A stretch of DNA of 64,000 bases from a virus. Every line of letters starts with the position of its first letter. The first letter of the stretch is position 1. The notes under the pieces are model-generated. The model was not told the origin of the DNA. It saw only the letters and a list, made by a program, of their open reading frames with translations, and did not search any database. This document shows positions 1-8,870 of this stretch, one piece after another. Location: positions 20,835 to 84,834 of IMG/VR virus record IMGVR_UViG_3300010389_000007; one strand, given 5' to 3'. The position numbers and the translations under genes are program-made.

Positions 1-126
1 ACTGCGTGCCTGGTAATCTTTCTTCAAGATTTCACCATTCCACTCAGGATAACCATCCCAGTGACAATATACACCAGAATAGGTATTGTCTTTGTGTTTG
101 ATTGAAATGAAACTACGAGTTCCCAT
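1..126 (-). CDS. Conserved phage hypothetical protein (5' part, runs off window)
   Basis: Manual translation MGTRSFISIKHKDNTYSGVYCHWDGYPEWNGEILKK; MGTRS...YCHWDGYP motif typical of phage early hypotheticals. Confidence 0.75.
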   Translation of the reverse strand, partial: MGTRSFISIKHKDNTYSGVYCHWDGYPEWNGEILKKDYQARS

Positions 127-146
127 TGTTTTGTTGAATAATAAAG

Positions 147-290
147 TCAGTCTTCAATCAGAATCCATTCATCTTCATCACTCTCAGTGATGGATTCCCA
201 ATTATCTTCAAAGAGGTCAAACATTGCCTCATTAGGCACTACACAATCAAACTCATCAATTTGAATATCCTCAAGAAATGCAGTAGACAT
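147..290 (-). CDS. Small acidic hypothetical protein (47 aa)
   Basis: Manual translation MSTAFLEDIQIDEFD...WILIED directly downstream of an early promoter. Confidence 0.6.
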   Translation of the reverse strand: MSTAFLEDIQIDEFDCVVPNEAMFDLFEDNWESITESDEDEWILIED

Positions 291-313
291 GAATCTCATT
301 TGATTACCTAGTA

Positions 314-371
314 ATCATAGCATGAGATCCCCCTGTTTGGAGATTTATTGTGACACTAGTACATGTGTCAC
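314..371 (-). promoter_or_regulatory. Early promoter with upstream palindromic box
   Basis: GTGACACATGTACTAGTGTCAC (350-371) then extended -10 TGCTATGAT (314-322). Confidence 0.7.
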
Positions 372-381
372 ATCAGTATAA

Positions 382-579
382 TCAATCTGCCTTTTTAGTT
401 TTTCTTTTTCTAGTTTTCTTGGGTGCTACTCCACCTTCCCATGCTTCATTTTCAGGGGTGCTAGGATCATCTGCAATAAAGTGTCCATTCTCATCCTTTG
501 CTCTCTTAGGAGTTTCTGTTACTTGCTCCTCAGGATCTGGCGTTGGAGTATTACCAATCAAATTAAGAAATCTGCTCAT
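382..579 (-). CDS. Conserved phage hypothetical protein
   Basis: RAKDENGHFIADDPSTPENEAW motif, basic C-terminus; late-promoter-like CTAAATA at 601-607. Confidence 0.75.
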   Translation of the reverse strand: MSRFLNLIGNTPTPDPEEQVTETPKRAKDENGHFIADDPSTPENEAWEGGVAPKKTRKRKTKKAD

Positions 580-609
580 TTTGCTATAGCAACTTAATTT
601 TATTTAGAA

Positions 610-680
610 TGGAGGATACCAGAGTCGAACTGGTGACTAATGCTTGCAAAGCACTCATTTTACCACTAAACTAATCCCCC
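610..680 (-). tRNA. tRNA-Ala(UGC)
   Basis: Cloverleaf, anticodon loop TT-TGC-AA, G3:U70 pair, GTTCGA T-loop. Confidence 0.95.
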
Positions 681-682
681 AA

Positions 683-764
683 TGCACATGAAAGGACTTG
701 AACCTTCATGGATTGCTCCACTGGAACCTAAACCCAGCGCGTATACCAATTCCGCCACATGTGC
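683..764 (-). tRNA. tRNA-Leu(UAG)
   Basis: GCACATG acceptor stem, anticodon TAG, long variable arm, GTTCAA T-loop. Confidence 0.95.
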
Positions 765-767
765 AGA

Positions 768-840
768 CTCCCCCACCTGGATTCGAACCAGGAACCAAGT
801 GATTAACAGTCACCTACTCTGCCTGTTGAGCTATAGGGGA
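768..840 (-). tRNA. tRNA-Asn(GUU)
   Basis: TCCCCTATAGCTCAA..., anticodon loop CT-GTT-AA, GTTCGAATCC. Confidence 0.95.
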
Positions 841-847
841 ATGAAGT

Positions 848-1018
848 TTATTCAGATTGCTTACACTCTAGCATGTATTCTACAGTGTTAGCAACATCTT
901 CCATTGCATCTCTAAGAAATGGTCTCTGTCCTGACTCCTGACGCATTGTATCAGAATCATCACAGAGAGTCCATCTCCATTGTTGTTGAGATGTGGAATA
1001 CCATAAGTTAATTTTCAT
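848..1018 (-). CDS. Conserved cyanophage hypothetical protein within tRNA cluster (56 aa)
   Basis: MKINLWYS...QWRWTL...QESG; start moved to ATG at 1018 so it does not overlap tRNA-Pro. Confidence 0.7.
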   Translation of the reverse strand: MKINLWYSTSQQQWRWTLCDDSDTMRQESGQRPFLRDAMEDVANTVEYMLECKQSE

Positions 1019-1036
1019 AGTCTTGTTAATGACTAA

Positions 1037-1110
1037 TCGGAATGACAGGATTCGAACCTGCGACATCTCGCTCCCAAAGCGAGTGCTCTACCAAACTGAG
1101 CTACATTCCG
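1037..1110 (-). tRNA. tRNA-Pro(UGG)
   Basis: CGGAATGTAGCTCAG..., anticodon TGG, GTTCGAATCC. Confidence 0.95.
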
Positions 1111-1185
1111 TGGTGGGAAATACTGGATTCGAACCAGTGACATACTGCGTGTAAAGCAGGCACTCTACCACTGAGTTAATCTCCC
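1111..1185 (-). tRNA. tRNA-Val(UAC), CCA encoded
   Basis: GGGAGATTAACTCAG..., anticodon TAC, ends ACCA. Confidence 0.95.
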
Positions 1186-1187
1186 AA

Positions 1188-1273
1188 AGGAAGGTTAGGG
1201 ATTCGAACCCTAGGAGGTTATTAGCCTCAGTAGTTTTCAAGACTACCACCATCAACCACTCGGTCAACCTTCC
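1188..1273 (-). tRNA. tRNA-Ser(UGA)
   Basis: GGAAGGTTGACCGAG..., anticodon TGA, long variable arm. Confidence 0.93.
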
Positions 1274-1280
1274 AAGTATA

Positions 1281-1298
1281 AAGGGGATTGCTCCCCTT
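1281..1298. terminator. Short hairpin between KTSC gene and tRNA cluster
   Basis: AAGGGGA-TTGC-TCCCCTT inverted repeat; ATAAATA late-type promoter adjacent at 1298-1304 (-). Confidence 0.5.
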
Positions 1299-1303
1299 AT
1301 TTA

Positions 1304-1534
1304 TCAGTTCTGAATGGGAATCAGAACCTTATTGTTTTTGAGTTTTGCAATCAGTTTGCCAACACTCTCAGCAGTACGAATTTGATCTTCAACACTCAGA
1401 GGATTGTCACATGCAAAGACATAGGACTTGTCAGGATTGCTAAGATAAGTCACACCAACTTGATTTTCATCATAGTCAAAAGAGACTTCAGAGATAGCAG
1501 AAGACTCAACATTGAGAATAACAGAAACAGACAT
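1304..1534 (-). CDS. KTSC domain protein
   Basis: VESSAISEVSFD...VTY...YVF...AESVGK matches the KTSC pattern. Confidence 0.7.
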   Translation of the reverse strand: MSVSVILNVESSAISEVSFDYDENQVGVTYLSNPDKSYVFACDNPLSVEDQIRTAESVGKLIAKLKNNKVLIPIQN

Positions 1535-1558
1535 TTGCCTTTGATTGATTACTTTGTA

Positions 1559-1616
1559 ATGATAACAGATCTGGAGGGAAAAGTCAAGAGGTTTGTGCCA
1601 CTTAGAGGAGTGTCAC
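1559..1616 (-). promoter_or_regulatory. Early sigma70-type promoter with palindromic box
   Basis: GTGACACTCCTCTAAGTGGCAC (1595-1616), TTGACT-17-TATCAT. Confidence 0.75.
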
Positions 1617-1754
1617 ATCCTCCCAGTTCTCTTTGAATATAAGCATCAATGCTTTACTGTTGAATGGATTAAAGGTTGCATATTGATCACAAACAAATAC
1701 AATTTGCCCCTTAAACCCATCATAATTAATACACATTTTCTCCTTAAGAATCAT
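1602..1754 (-). CDS. Hypothetical protein (50 aa)
   Basis: Manual translation MILKEKMCINYDGFKGQIVFVCDQY...; fills gap in packed operon. Confidence 0.55.
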   Translation of the reverse strand: MILKEKMCINYDGFKGQIVFVCDQYATFNPFNSKALMLIFKENWEDVTLL

Positions 1755-1765
1755 AGTATCAAAGA

Positions 1766-2059
1766 TCAATAGTTCCAGAAATCATCATAGTCATCTTGTG
1801 TTGCCAAAGATATGTTATGTGTGGAAATGCCTGTAGGAAGATCAGAAAGATCAATGTCTAACTTCTTATATCCCATGAGCAGTGATTTCACATCAACTGC
1901 CCTATTCATTTGCTTTTTGTGGTAATCAATCCAAGAGTCAACTTCTTCAATCAACTCATCATAAAACTCTTGTGGAGTTGTATCATCTTCATTAAGATAC
2001 TCAGAGACTAGATCTTCTAATCTCTTTTTCCTTTCAATTTTGTAGTTATCAGGATTCAT
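1766..2059 (-). CDS. Cyanophage hypothetical protein
   Basis: ORF track; overlaps neighbours as in a packed operon. Confidence 0.7.
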   Translation of the reverse strand: MNPDNYKIERKKRLEDLVSEYLNEDDTTPQEFYDELIEEVDSWIDYHKKQMNRAVDVKSLLMGYKKLDIDLSDLPTGISTHNISLATQDDYDDFWNY

Positions 2060-2237
2060 TTTCATTAGTCTTTTTCCATGATTTACGAACTCTCTTCAAC
2101 TCCTTGAGTTCCATTTTGATGTTCTGATAGGCAGTTTCACTGTCAATCTTGTCTGCCATTTCCATGGCAATGATAACATCAACTCTGGTGCCAAAGTGTT
2201 TAAGAGCAGTCTCAAAATTGTCTAAATCTTCATACAT
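2049..2237 (-). CDS. Conserved cyanophage hypothetical protein
   Basis: MYEDLDNFETALKHFGTRVDVIIAMEM...IKMELKELK. Confidence 0.75.
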   Translation of the reverse strand: MYEDLDNFETALKHFGTRVDVIIAMEMADKIDSETAYQNIKMELKELKRVRKSWKKTNENES

Positions 2238-2589
2238 TTTTTGATTCCTCAATGTTGTAAACTACTGGATGGATTTGGTCCATCTTAGACTCTAATCTGT
2301 TCTCTGCTTCATATAAAGCATTTGTAAGTCCAATGTTCTCATCCTGAAGAGATTTGACTTCATCAGAGAGTCTGTGGACTTCACTCTTTAACCACAGAAT
2401 ATCATCTAAATTGCCAACAATTCTTTCATCAAAAGACTTGATCCAATCCATAATGAAATGTTCCTCACCTGTCAAATCATTCTTTACTTTGTAATAGTAA
2501 TCTTCTTCAGGATCAGAGTCATAAGGATACAACCAATTTTGTAACTCTAAAGACCACCCCCAAAGTATAACTCTAATAGATCTAAACAT
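2230..2589 (-). CDS. Hypothetical coiled-coil protein
   Basis: ORF track; LQDENIGLTNALYE coiled-coil motif. Confidence 0.7.
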   Translation of the reverse strand: MFRSIRVILWGWSLELQNWLYPYDSDPEEDYYYKVKNDLTGEEHFIMDWIKSFDERIVGNLDDILWLKSEVHRLSDEVKSLQDENIGLTNALYEAENRLESKMDQIHPVVYNIEESKNV

Positions 2590-2768
2590 TAGATCACTCC
2601 TACTGATTTTAGATAGTTTCTATATGCTGCATACCTCTGCCATTTTGGTTGGTTTGGTACATCTAATTGATGACATATTTCACAGTACATTAACCATTCA
2701 TACCATGGAGTTGTTGGATCCAGGACATGATATGGGTACGATGTAGTAGTTGTTTGTGGGTTCATCAT
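2589..2768 (-). CDS. Cyanophage hypothetical protein (59 aa)
   Basis: Manual translation ...YHVLDPTTPWYEWLMYCEICHQL...RYAAYRNYLKSVGVI. Confidence 0.65.
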   Translation of the reverse strand: MMNPQTTTTSYPYHVLDPTTPWYEWLMYCEICHQLDVPNQPKWQRYAAYRNYLKSVGVI

Positions 2769-2916
2769 TCCAGTGCCTAATTACTCCAGCAACAATAAAA
2801 CAGTTAGTAATGAAATAAGTCAGTAAAATTACTGTCCTAATTTTTGCTACTTCGTCTGCTTCCTTGTCGCACTCGCTTGCTTTTTGTCCCAGGGATTTTG
2901 CCCACAATCTCCACAC
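2698..2916 (-). CDS. Conserved cyanophage membrane hypothetical protein (GTG start)
   Basis: WRLWAKSLGQKA...IRT...TNCFIVAGVIRHW. Confidence 0.65.
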   Translation of the reverse strand: MWRLWAKSLGQKASECDKEADEVAKIRTVILLTYFITNCFIVAGVIRHWNDEPTNNYYIVPISCPGSNNSMV

Positions 2917-3064
2917 CTTTGGTTGAGATAGTGTATTGTTTTGGGGCAAGACTTTCTCTTTCGATGAGTTTGAAAAGATGCTCTTGACACTGGAACCAGC
3001 AGATTCTATTCTCTTCTTTAATGTCGAGACGAATTGGAAAAGATACATATGGAAATTTACTCAT
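2837..3064 (-). CDS. Conserved cyanophage hypothetical protein
   Basis: FPYVSFPIRL...ICWFQCQEHL. Confidence 0.65.
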   Translation of the reverse strand: MSKFPYVSFPIRLDIKEENRICWFQCQEHLFKLIERESLAPKQYTISTKGVEIVGKIPGTKSKRVRQGSRRSSKN

Positions 3065-3221
3065 TGGTCTTCTTATTCTTTTCAGTGAAGTACACGTGAA
3101 ATGTCTTATTTAAGACATCTTCACAAAGTTTGTACTCTTTTCCATTAAAGGGTACACCATGGATCTGATAATACCTAATTGCATCATGAATAATTTTTGT
3201 TTGTTCAGGTGTGAAATCCAT
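3057..3221 (-). CDS. Hypothetical protein (54 aa)
   Basis: Manual translation MDFTPEQTKIIHDAIRYYQIHG... Confidence 0.6.
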   Translation of the reverse strand: MDFTPEQTKIIHDAIRYYQIHGVPFNGKEYKLCEDVLNKTFHVYFTEKNKKTNE

Positions 3222-3242
3222 TAGAATCCTTTGATAAAACCA

Positions 3243-3503
3243 TTATACAGCATCAGAATCTTTTTTGGAAAGTTCTTGTGCCAGTTTTTTTGCTGTCCTC
3301 ATATACTTCCTATCCATCCACCATTTACCTATAGGAGAAGAGAGAATGACTGGATGAAATCTAATCATCCAGAACATCCTCTCTACATTTACCCTTGCAG
3401 TTTTAGATAGAATGACAATAAATGTCCCTACATTGGGATCTATTATTACCATTCCAATTATGATAGCAAATATACTCAACCACACATACTCTACAGTCAT
3501 CAA
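3243..3503 (-). CDS. Hypothetical membrane protein
   Basis: N-terminal hydrophobic helix, DPNV and HP motifs. Confidence 0.7.
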   Translation of the reverse strand: MMTVEYVWLSIFAIIIGMVIIDPNVGTFIVILSKTARVNVERMFWMIRFHPVILSSPIGKWWMDRKYMRTAKKLAQELSKKDSDAV

Positions 3504-3679
3504 TGAAACTCCTCGTTCCTTCGTCTATCTAGGTACTCTAGAACTTCAGATCTCCACTCCATTAACTCGTTGAAACACTTTTGATTGTGTGCACATTGAC
3601 GCAGTGCTGGATCTGGTTTCAATACACTCTCATAGAACAATCCCAGGGCATCACGACGCTTTTCATGTTTTTCTGACAT
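3500..3679 (-). CDS. Conserved cyanophage hypothetical protein (59 aa)
   Basis: Manual translation MSEKHEKRRDALGLFYESVLKPDPALRQCAHNQKCFNELMEWR. Confidence 0.7.
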   Translation of the reverse strand: MSEKHEKRRDALGLFYESVLKPDPALRQCAHNQKCFNELMEWRSEVLEYLDRRRNEEFH

Positions 3680-3682
3680 AGA

Positions 3683-3880
3683 CTATTCTCCAATAGGTGT
3701 GTTAAAGCAAGAGGGATCTGTTCCATCAGCAAATCTTGAGATAAACTCAACTTTCTGATATGGAGTGAGTAACTCACTGGACATTACTCCTTCCACCAAC
3801 CAATCAAAGTCATCACAACTTAAGAGTAATTTTTCTGGAACTGGTTGTGCTAGTGCAAGAAGCAATGGTAGTTGAATCAT
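3683..3880 (-). CDS. Hypothetical protein with signal-like N-terminus
   Basis: ORF track; LLLSC...C pair. Confidence 0.6.
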   Translation of the reverse strand: MIQLPLLLALAQPVPEKLLLSCDDFDWLVEGVMSSELLTPYQKVEFISRFADGTDPSCFNTPIGE

Positions 3881-3881
3881 T

Positions 3882-4910
3882 TTAGATTGTAATCCATCTA
3901 CTATTATTTAATGTCCAGTTAGTAACTTCTGCAATCCTTTGTCTTACAGACATAGCAGGTTCCCACCCAAGTTCTTTCATCTTACTACCATCAAGAGCAT
4001 ACCTTAGGTCATGTCCTGGACGTGAAGAATGGAAGTCAATCAACTCATACTTGAGTTCTTTTCCTTGTGCTTCTGCAATGATCTGTGCTAGTTCTAGGTT
4101 GTTAAGTTCCTCAGATCCAACAATGTTGAACTTAGGACACTTAGCACCAGTTTCATCTGGTTTGAAACTACCTTTGTAATTCAATAGGAATAGAATTGCA
4201 CTGGATACATCCTCTGCATGTATATAATGCCTGGATCCTGGAATTGTGCAACTACTGTCGCTATGAATCGTTACAGTTTCACCATCCCTTGCTTTTTTAA
4301 TACACATTGGAATGTATTTCTCAGGATGCTGTCTCTCACCAAACACATTCATTGTGTGGGTGATATAGACAGGGAGACCATAAGTATTCTCATATGCTAC
4401 AGCAAGTTCTTCACCACCTGCTTTAGTTGCACTGTATGGATTGGTAGAGTTGTACCTATCATGCTCCTTATACTTAATACCATTAGGAGCAGGACCAAAT
4501 ACTTCATCAGTGCTGAAGTAAATGAACCTTTCTAGGTGTGGTTGTTGAGTTCTAGCAAACTCTAGGATGTTGCAGGTAGCAACAACATTATCCAGAACAA
4601 ACTCCATTGGATATTCAATACTGCGATCCACATGTGAACCAGCAGCAAGGTGGAGAATGTAATCTACTTTGCCAATCTCAGATCTAATAAGTGGATTAAG
4701 TTCTGCCTTTAGATCATGGAAAACAACCTTCACACGCTTACGATCCTCTGCTGTAAAGTCAGCAAGGATGTCATTCAACCTGTTCAGATTGCCACTATAA
4801 TCCAGTCTGTCTAGGGTGACAATTTCCCAGTCAGTGTGTTTAAGAACATAACCAATTAGATGGTGCGCAATAAAACCTGCACCACCTGTAATAAGAGCTC
4901 TCTTTGTCAT
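3882..4910 (-). CDS. NAD-dependent epimerase/dehydratase (dTDP-glucose 4,6-dehydratase-like)
   Basis: ITGGAGFI Rossmann motif, HLAAGSHVDRS, STDEVFG, YSATK, RPGHDLRY. Confidence 0.92.
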   Translation of the reverse strand: MTKRALITGGAGFIAHHLIGYVLKHTDWEIVTLDRLDYSGNLNRLNDILADFTAEDRKRVKVVFHDLKAELNPLIRSEIGKVDYILHLAAGSHVDRSIEYPMEFVLDNVVATCNILEFARTQQPHLERFIYFSTDEVFGPAPNGIKYKEHDRYNSTNPYSATKAGGEELAVAYENTYGLPVYITHTMNVFGERQHPEKYIPMCIKKARDGETVTIHSDSSCTIPGSRHYIHAEDVSSAILFLLNYKGSFKPDETGAKCPKFNIVGSEELNNLELAQIIAEAQGKELKYELIDFHSSRPGHDLRYALDGSKMKELGWEPAMSVRQRIAEVTNWTLNNSRWITI

Positions 4911-4912
4911 AT

Positions 4913-5173
4913 TCAATCAAGATAGTAATCTGAAGTATCCACCAATTCCCAACTTAAATCAAGATCTTCTAGGAATTGTGTCAACTCATGTTCAGTTGTA
5001 GGAAGGATCTCGTCTTCCTCTAGTGTGAATACCGCCTCACACAATGCAGGACCATATTCAGCAGGTTCAAAGTAAGTTTGTGCATGTGTTTGCACTGCAT
5101 CATCAATTATGGCAGCAACATAGATGCTACCATCTTCATGCTGGTTGATAGTGTCAATGTTAATAATGCTCAT
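4913..5173 (-). CDS. Cyanophage hypothetical protein
   Basis: QT..EPAEYGPALC motif; acidic. Confidence 0.7.
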   Translation of the reverse strand: MSIINIDTINQHEDGSIYVAAIIDDAVQTHAQTYFEPAEYGPALCEAVFTLEEDEILPTTEHELTQFLEDLDLSWELVDTSDYYLD

Positions 5174-5177
5174 GAAA

Positions 5178-5309
5178 TCAATAACTGTACTTGGAAATCA
5201 TTTGGTCCAGTTTATCCTCTCTATATTCATCTTCTGCTTCTTCTAAATTATCTTCTTCTAGTTCTTCATAGATGGTATCACCATCTTTTTCTAGAAAGAT
5301 TGAAGGCAT
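5178..5309 (-). CDS. Small acidic hypothetical protein (43 aa)
   Basis: MPSIFLEKDG...; CTAAATA late-type promoter at 5336-5342. Confidence 0.55.
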   Translation of the reverse strand: MPSIFLEKDGDTIYEELEEDNLEEAEDEYREDKLDQMISKYSY

Positions 5310-5349
5310 GGAGATAGTGAGTGCAAAGGATAATGTATTTAGAGGGAGA

Positions 5350-6447
5350 TTACTCTCCCTCTTGCTGCTGAAACTCAGCATCAATTTTATCATACAATTC
5401 CACAAAAGTGGACTTTGTTTCATCATCAAAACGATTCAGGCAGACCTTGAGTGCCTTATCTTTCTTGCCAAAGATAGAATATGCCTTGATGATATGAACA
5501 AGACGACGAGTAGAGATCACTTCATCAATACCACCATCATCAAAGGTTTTGCGAATAATCTCAGACCAAGTGCACAGATGCTTGATAAAATCTGTGTGCT
5601 CACGAATCATAGGAATACTGAGAGATTCTGCAACCTTAGTGAGAATCTTAGTCTCTACAGTAATGGTAGGATACTCCTGTTCAAAGGTGATAGGGAACCT
5701 CTCAAGAAATGCCTCATTGAGCACATTAGTGCCAATGAAACGTCCATCATCAGAACCCTTACCTTTGGTGTTAGCAGTAGCAAACACATTGAATCCTGCC
5801 TTAGGAACAATATGCTTACCAATCTTCTTCAAGAAGACACCTTTACCCTCAAGAATAGACTGAAGACACATGATCTTATTGGATGCAAGATCAATCTCAT
5901 CAAGCAGAAGAATTGCACCCCTTTCCATTGCCTCAACAACAGGACCATTGTGCCATACAGTTTCACCATTAACTAGACGAAAACCACCAATGAGATCATC
6001 TTCATCAGTTTCAATAGTGATATTGACACGAATCAATTCACGACCAAGTTGTGCACAAGCCTGCTCAACTCCAAAGGTTTTACCATTACCACTGAGACCA
6101 GTAATAAAGGAAGGATAAAATAAACCAGAGGATACAACTTTCTTAATATCACTAAAGTTACCAAAGTTGACGAAGGTATCATCTTTAACAGGGATTAGAT
6201 TTTGTTGAACAGGTGCAATAGTTTGAACAGTGTCCACACCTTCAGCAGCAGGAGCATTATAGGTTTCTTCCAGTTCTTTCACAGTTGCCTCAAGATTCCA
6301 TTTACCACGACCAACTTTGTAAGTTTGAAGATACTTACTTGCAGTTGCATAAGAAGTATTAAGTTGATCTGCTACAGTACGAACTGCTTGAGTATCAACC
6401 TCAACACCAAATTGTTCTTTGAGTAGGTTGACAATCTGTTCTTGCAT
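5350..6447 (-). CDS. cobS: MoxR/CobS-like AAA+ ATPase
   Basis: Walker A GLSGNGKT, Walker B LLLDEID, TANTKGKG, LNEAFLERF, STRRL; start at MQEQIV. Confidence 0.9.
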   Translation of the reverse strand: MQEQIVNLLKEQFGVEVDTQAVRTVADQLNTSYATASKYLQTYKVGRGKWNLEATVKELEETYNAPAAEGVDTVQTIAPVQQNLIPVKDDTFVNFGNFSDIKKVVSSGLFYPSFITGLSGNGKTFGVEQACAQLGRELIRVNITIETDEDDLIGGFRLVNGETVWHNGPVVEAMERGAILLLDEIDLASNKIMCLQSILEGKGVFLKKIGKHIVPKAGFNVFATANTKGKGSDDGRFIGTNVLNEAFLERFPITFEQEYPTITVETKILTKVAESLSIPMIREHTDFIKHLCTWSEIIRKTFDDGGIDEVISTRRLVHIIKAYSIFGKKDKALKVCLNRFDDETKSTFVELYDKIDAEFQQQEGE

Positions 6448-6470
6448 GTCTTTAACTTGATTACTTTGTA

Positions 6471-6528
6471 ATAATACCATGGATGGAGGGAGAATGGGAG
6501 AAATAGTAGACAGTCCCCCAACTGTCAC
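6471..6528 (-). promoter_or_regulatory. Early promoter with palindromic box
   Basis: GTGACAGTTGGGGGACTGTCTAC then TGGTATTAT. Confidence 0.7.
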
Positions 6529-6529
6529 A

Positions 6530-8674
6530 CTAGGCAATAGTATCAATGAAGGAAGACAAAAGTTTCTTATTTGTTTTCTTTTTGCTCAGCATTTTAACAA
6601 ATGCAGTCTTGATCTGTGCCTTAGATGCATCCTCAGGAACAACAAAATCCTCATCCTGTGCTAGAGCAGTGGAAGGAAGAATGTTGAACTGATCATAACC
6701 AGTTCCAGTGAAAGTGATGTACTGATTCTTCTTGAAAGTTTTCTTCACTGCCTCATAATCACCACTCTCTCTTCCATACCATTCATAGCAAGTTCTAAAC
6801 TCCCTGCTAGGAACAATCCTGAAGTTGATAAAGTTCACTGTAGGAAACTTATCCTTCAAAGTAGAAAGAAGAACCTTAGAATACTGAGGGAAGTTGCCAT
6901 AAGAATATGACTGATAGATTCTACCATTCTTCCTGTTACGAATAGTGGTGTTGTATGCTCTGGAATAACCAATATACTCTTCACCAACATGATTCTTTCT
7001 CACCTTGGTAATAGAGTTGACATATCCCTCACCATCAGTAAGGAAGACTACATTAACTTTCTGAAGTTTGTTCTTCTTTTGGAAGTCAGGAATTAGAGAA
7101 TGTAGGGTGAGCATGGTATCACCAAGAGGAGAACCAGAGAGATCAAGATGTCTGGGAGCAGCACCATTACCATACTGAAATGACCAGCAACATGCCCAGA
7201 TGTTCTTCATTTGCTCTTCTAATTGACGAGCATTTGATTTACTAGAGAAGAAATTCATCAGTCTGAAAGACTTTTCTGGAGCAACAATTCCTGCCATTCT
7301 GTCATACAAAGGAGGATGATCTGGTTGCACTTCAACATAAGAACTAGGATCAACAGTGAAAGCATACACTTCAAAGGGAATGTTTGCTTTCTTACAGAAC
7401 CAAATCAGGTTGTACATTTGCTTGCAGGTATCAAGAATCCAGCGTGCCATAGATCCAGACCAGTCAAGAATAAAGATCAATCCATGATTCTTACCATCAG
7501 GAACTACAGAAATCTTCTTGAACAGATCCTCATTGTACTTGTAAGTATGCAGTTTGCTGGTATCAAGAACACCAGTGCGTGCAGTGCTAGAACGAGCATA
7601 CTGATCTGCTGACTTCTTACACTCAAACTCTTTCATCAAGTAAGAAACTTCTTTCTCAGCAGACTTCTTATACTTAACATACTCAGAAATGACTTGAGTA
7701 TGCCATTCTTTTACCCAAGAAGAAGAGTTGGCATAGTATTCCTTAGTTGCATTATGGATATACTCATTAGGAACAATTACATTCTCAAGTTTAATCTCAG
7801 GTAATTCAGCATAGACAGTTTCTTCGCCAAACTTGTTAGTCAGTTCTTCTGCCTTCTCTTCAAATGATTGGGCAGTCTTTGACTCAAACTCACCATGTTC
7901 TTTGCTTGGTTCACTACCACCACCAGAGGGAATCTCTTGTTCCATAGTGGTTTCACTTTCATTGTTATCGCCAACAGAAGATTGCTCATTGGCATTAACT
8001 TCTTCATTGGCATTGTCGTTGGTGTTTTCACTAGCACCTTGCTGATTCTCAGGAAGTTCAACTTCTTCACCACCAACTTGACCCTGATCCTGAGAAATAT
8101 CAGGCATTTCACTCAGTTTCTTTTTCTTGTAGTTGAGGAAATCAACAATCTCCTGAGAGATCTTGAGAACTTCTTGGAAGGTTTCAACTGCACTAATGCG
8201 AGTCACAAAATCATCCTCAGCATCAGAGAATGCAATGTTATGGAATGCACCAATCTTAAAGTACAGATTGATACGATCAATGAATGAAAGTTCATCTAGA
8301 TTCTCATCCTTAGTGGAAAAGAAATCATCAGTATTCAGTTCATTGTAACCATGATAAAAAGTTTTAGATAGACCAGGATATTTCTTCTTCATTAGACGCT
8401 CTACACGAACATCTTCAATCACATTAACAAAATCTTTAGGTACATTAGGATATTCTTCACGCCAATCAATGTTATCTGTAAAGATAGCATGACCTACCTC
8501 ATGACCCACCAGAAGGTCATAAACAGTGGCAGATGCCCTATCCCACATAGGAAGAGTTAGAACCCTCCTATCAACATCGAAAGAGGCAGTAGAGACCTTT
8601 TTATGCTCAACGATAAGGTTCTCTGTTGCCAGACACTTAGCAAGGGATCCTTTTACTTCTAAATTGACTGGCAT
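6530..8674 (-). CDS. CobT-like protein: HEXXH metallopeptidase-like N-terminus plus vWA domain
   Basis: HEVGH...EDVRVE; MIDAS LDWSGSM, FLTDGE; adjacent to MoxR ATPase. Confidence 0.88.
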   Translation of the reverse strand: MPVNLEVKGSLAKCLATENLIVEHKKVSTASFDVDRRVLTLPMWDRASATVYDLLVGHEVGHAIFTDNIDWREEYPNVPKDFVNVIEDVRVERLMKKKYPGLSKTFYHGYNELNTDDFFSTKDENLDELSFIDRINLYFKIGAFHNIAFSDAEDDFVTRISAVETFQEVLKISQEIVDFLNYKKKKLSEMPDISQDQGQVGGEEVELPENQQGASENTNDNANEEVNANEQSSVGDNNESETTMEQEIPSGGGSEPSKEHGEFESKTAQSFEEKAEELTNKFGEETVYAELPEIKLENVIVPNEYIHNATKEYYANSSSWVKEWHTQVISEYVKYKKSAEKEVSYLMKEFECKKSADQYARSSTARTGVLDTSKLHTYKYNEDLFKKISVVPDGKNHGLIFILDWSGSMARWILDTCKQMYNLIWFCKKANIPFEVYAFTVDPSSYVEVQPDHPPLYDRMAGIVAPEKSFRLMNFFSSKSNARQLEEQMKNIWACCWSFQYGNGAAPRHLDLSGSPLGDTMLTLHSLIPDFQKKNKLQKVNVVFLTDGEGYVNSITKVRKNHVGEEYIGYSRAYNTTIRNRKNGRIYQSYSYGNFPQYSKVLLSTLKDKFPTVNFINFRIVPSREFRTCYEWYGRESGDYEAVKKTFKKNQYITFTGTGYDQFNILPSTALAQDEDFVVPEDASKAQIKTAFVKMLSKKKTNKKLLSSFIDTIA

Positions 8675-8696
8675 GTGCTTTCTTAACTGTCCTTAC

Positions 8697-8756
8697 AGGA
8701 TAGCATGAAAAAGGGGGGTCACCACTCCCCCCTAGTACACTAATTAAACTGTCCAC
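8697..8756 (-). promoter_or_regulatory. Early promoter with palindromic box
   Basis: GTGGACAGTTTAATTAGTGTAC then TGCTATCCT. Confidence 0.6.
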
Positions 8757-8811
8757 CACCAAGGACAGGTCTTTGGATCTCAAAGCTACAAAGAATCCTC
8801 AAGACTTTTAT

Positions 8812-8870
8812 ATAGTATCATGACTGAATATAAATGTCAAGTTGACAGAAACTTAAACTATGAGTAGGAT
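8812..8870. promoter_or_regulatory. Back-to-back sigma70 promoters
   Basis: TGTCAAGTTGACA core; minus TTGACA-17-TACTAT, plus TTGACA-17-TAGGAT. Confidence 0.65.

Noticed and set aside
682-891. 69-aa plus-strand ORF
   Set aside because: Antisense to tRNA-Leu and tRNA-Asn.
6448-6546. N-terminal extension of the AAA+ ATPase
   Set aside because: Runs through its own promoter and box; MQEQIV start preferred.
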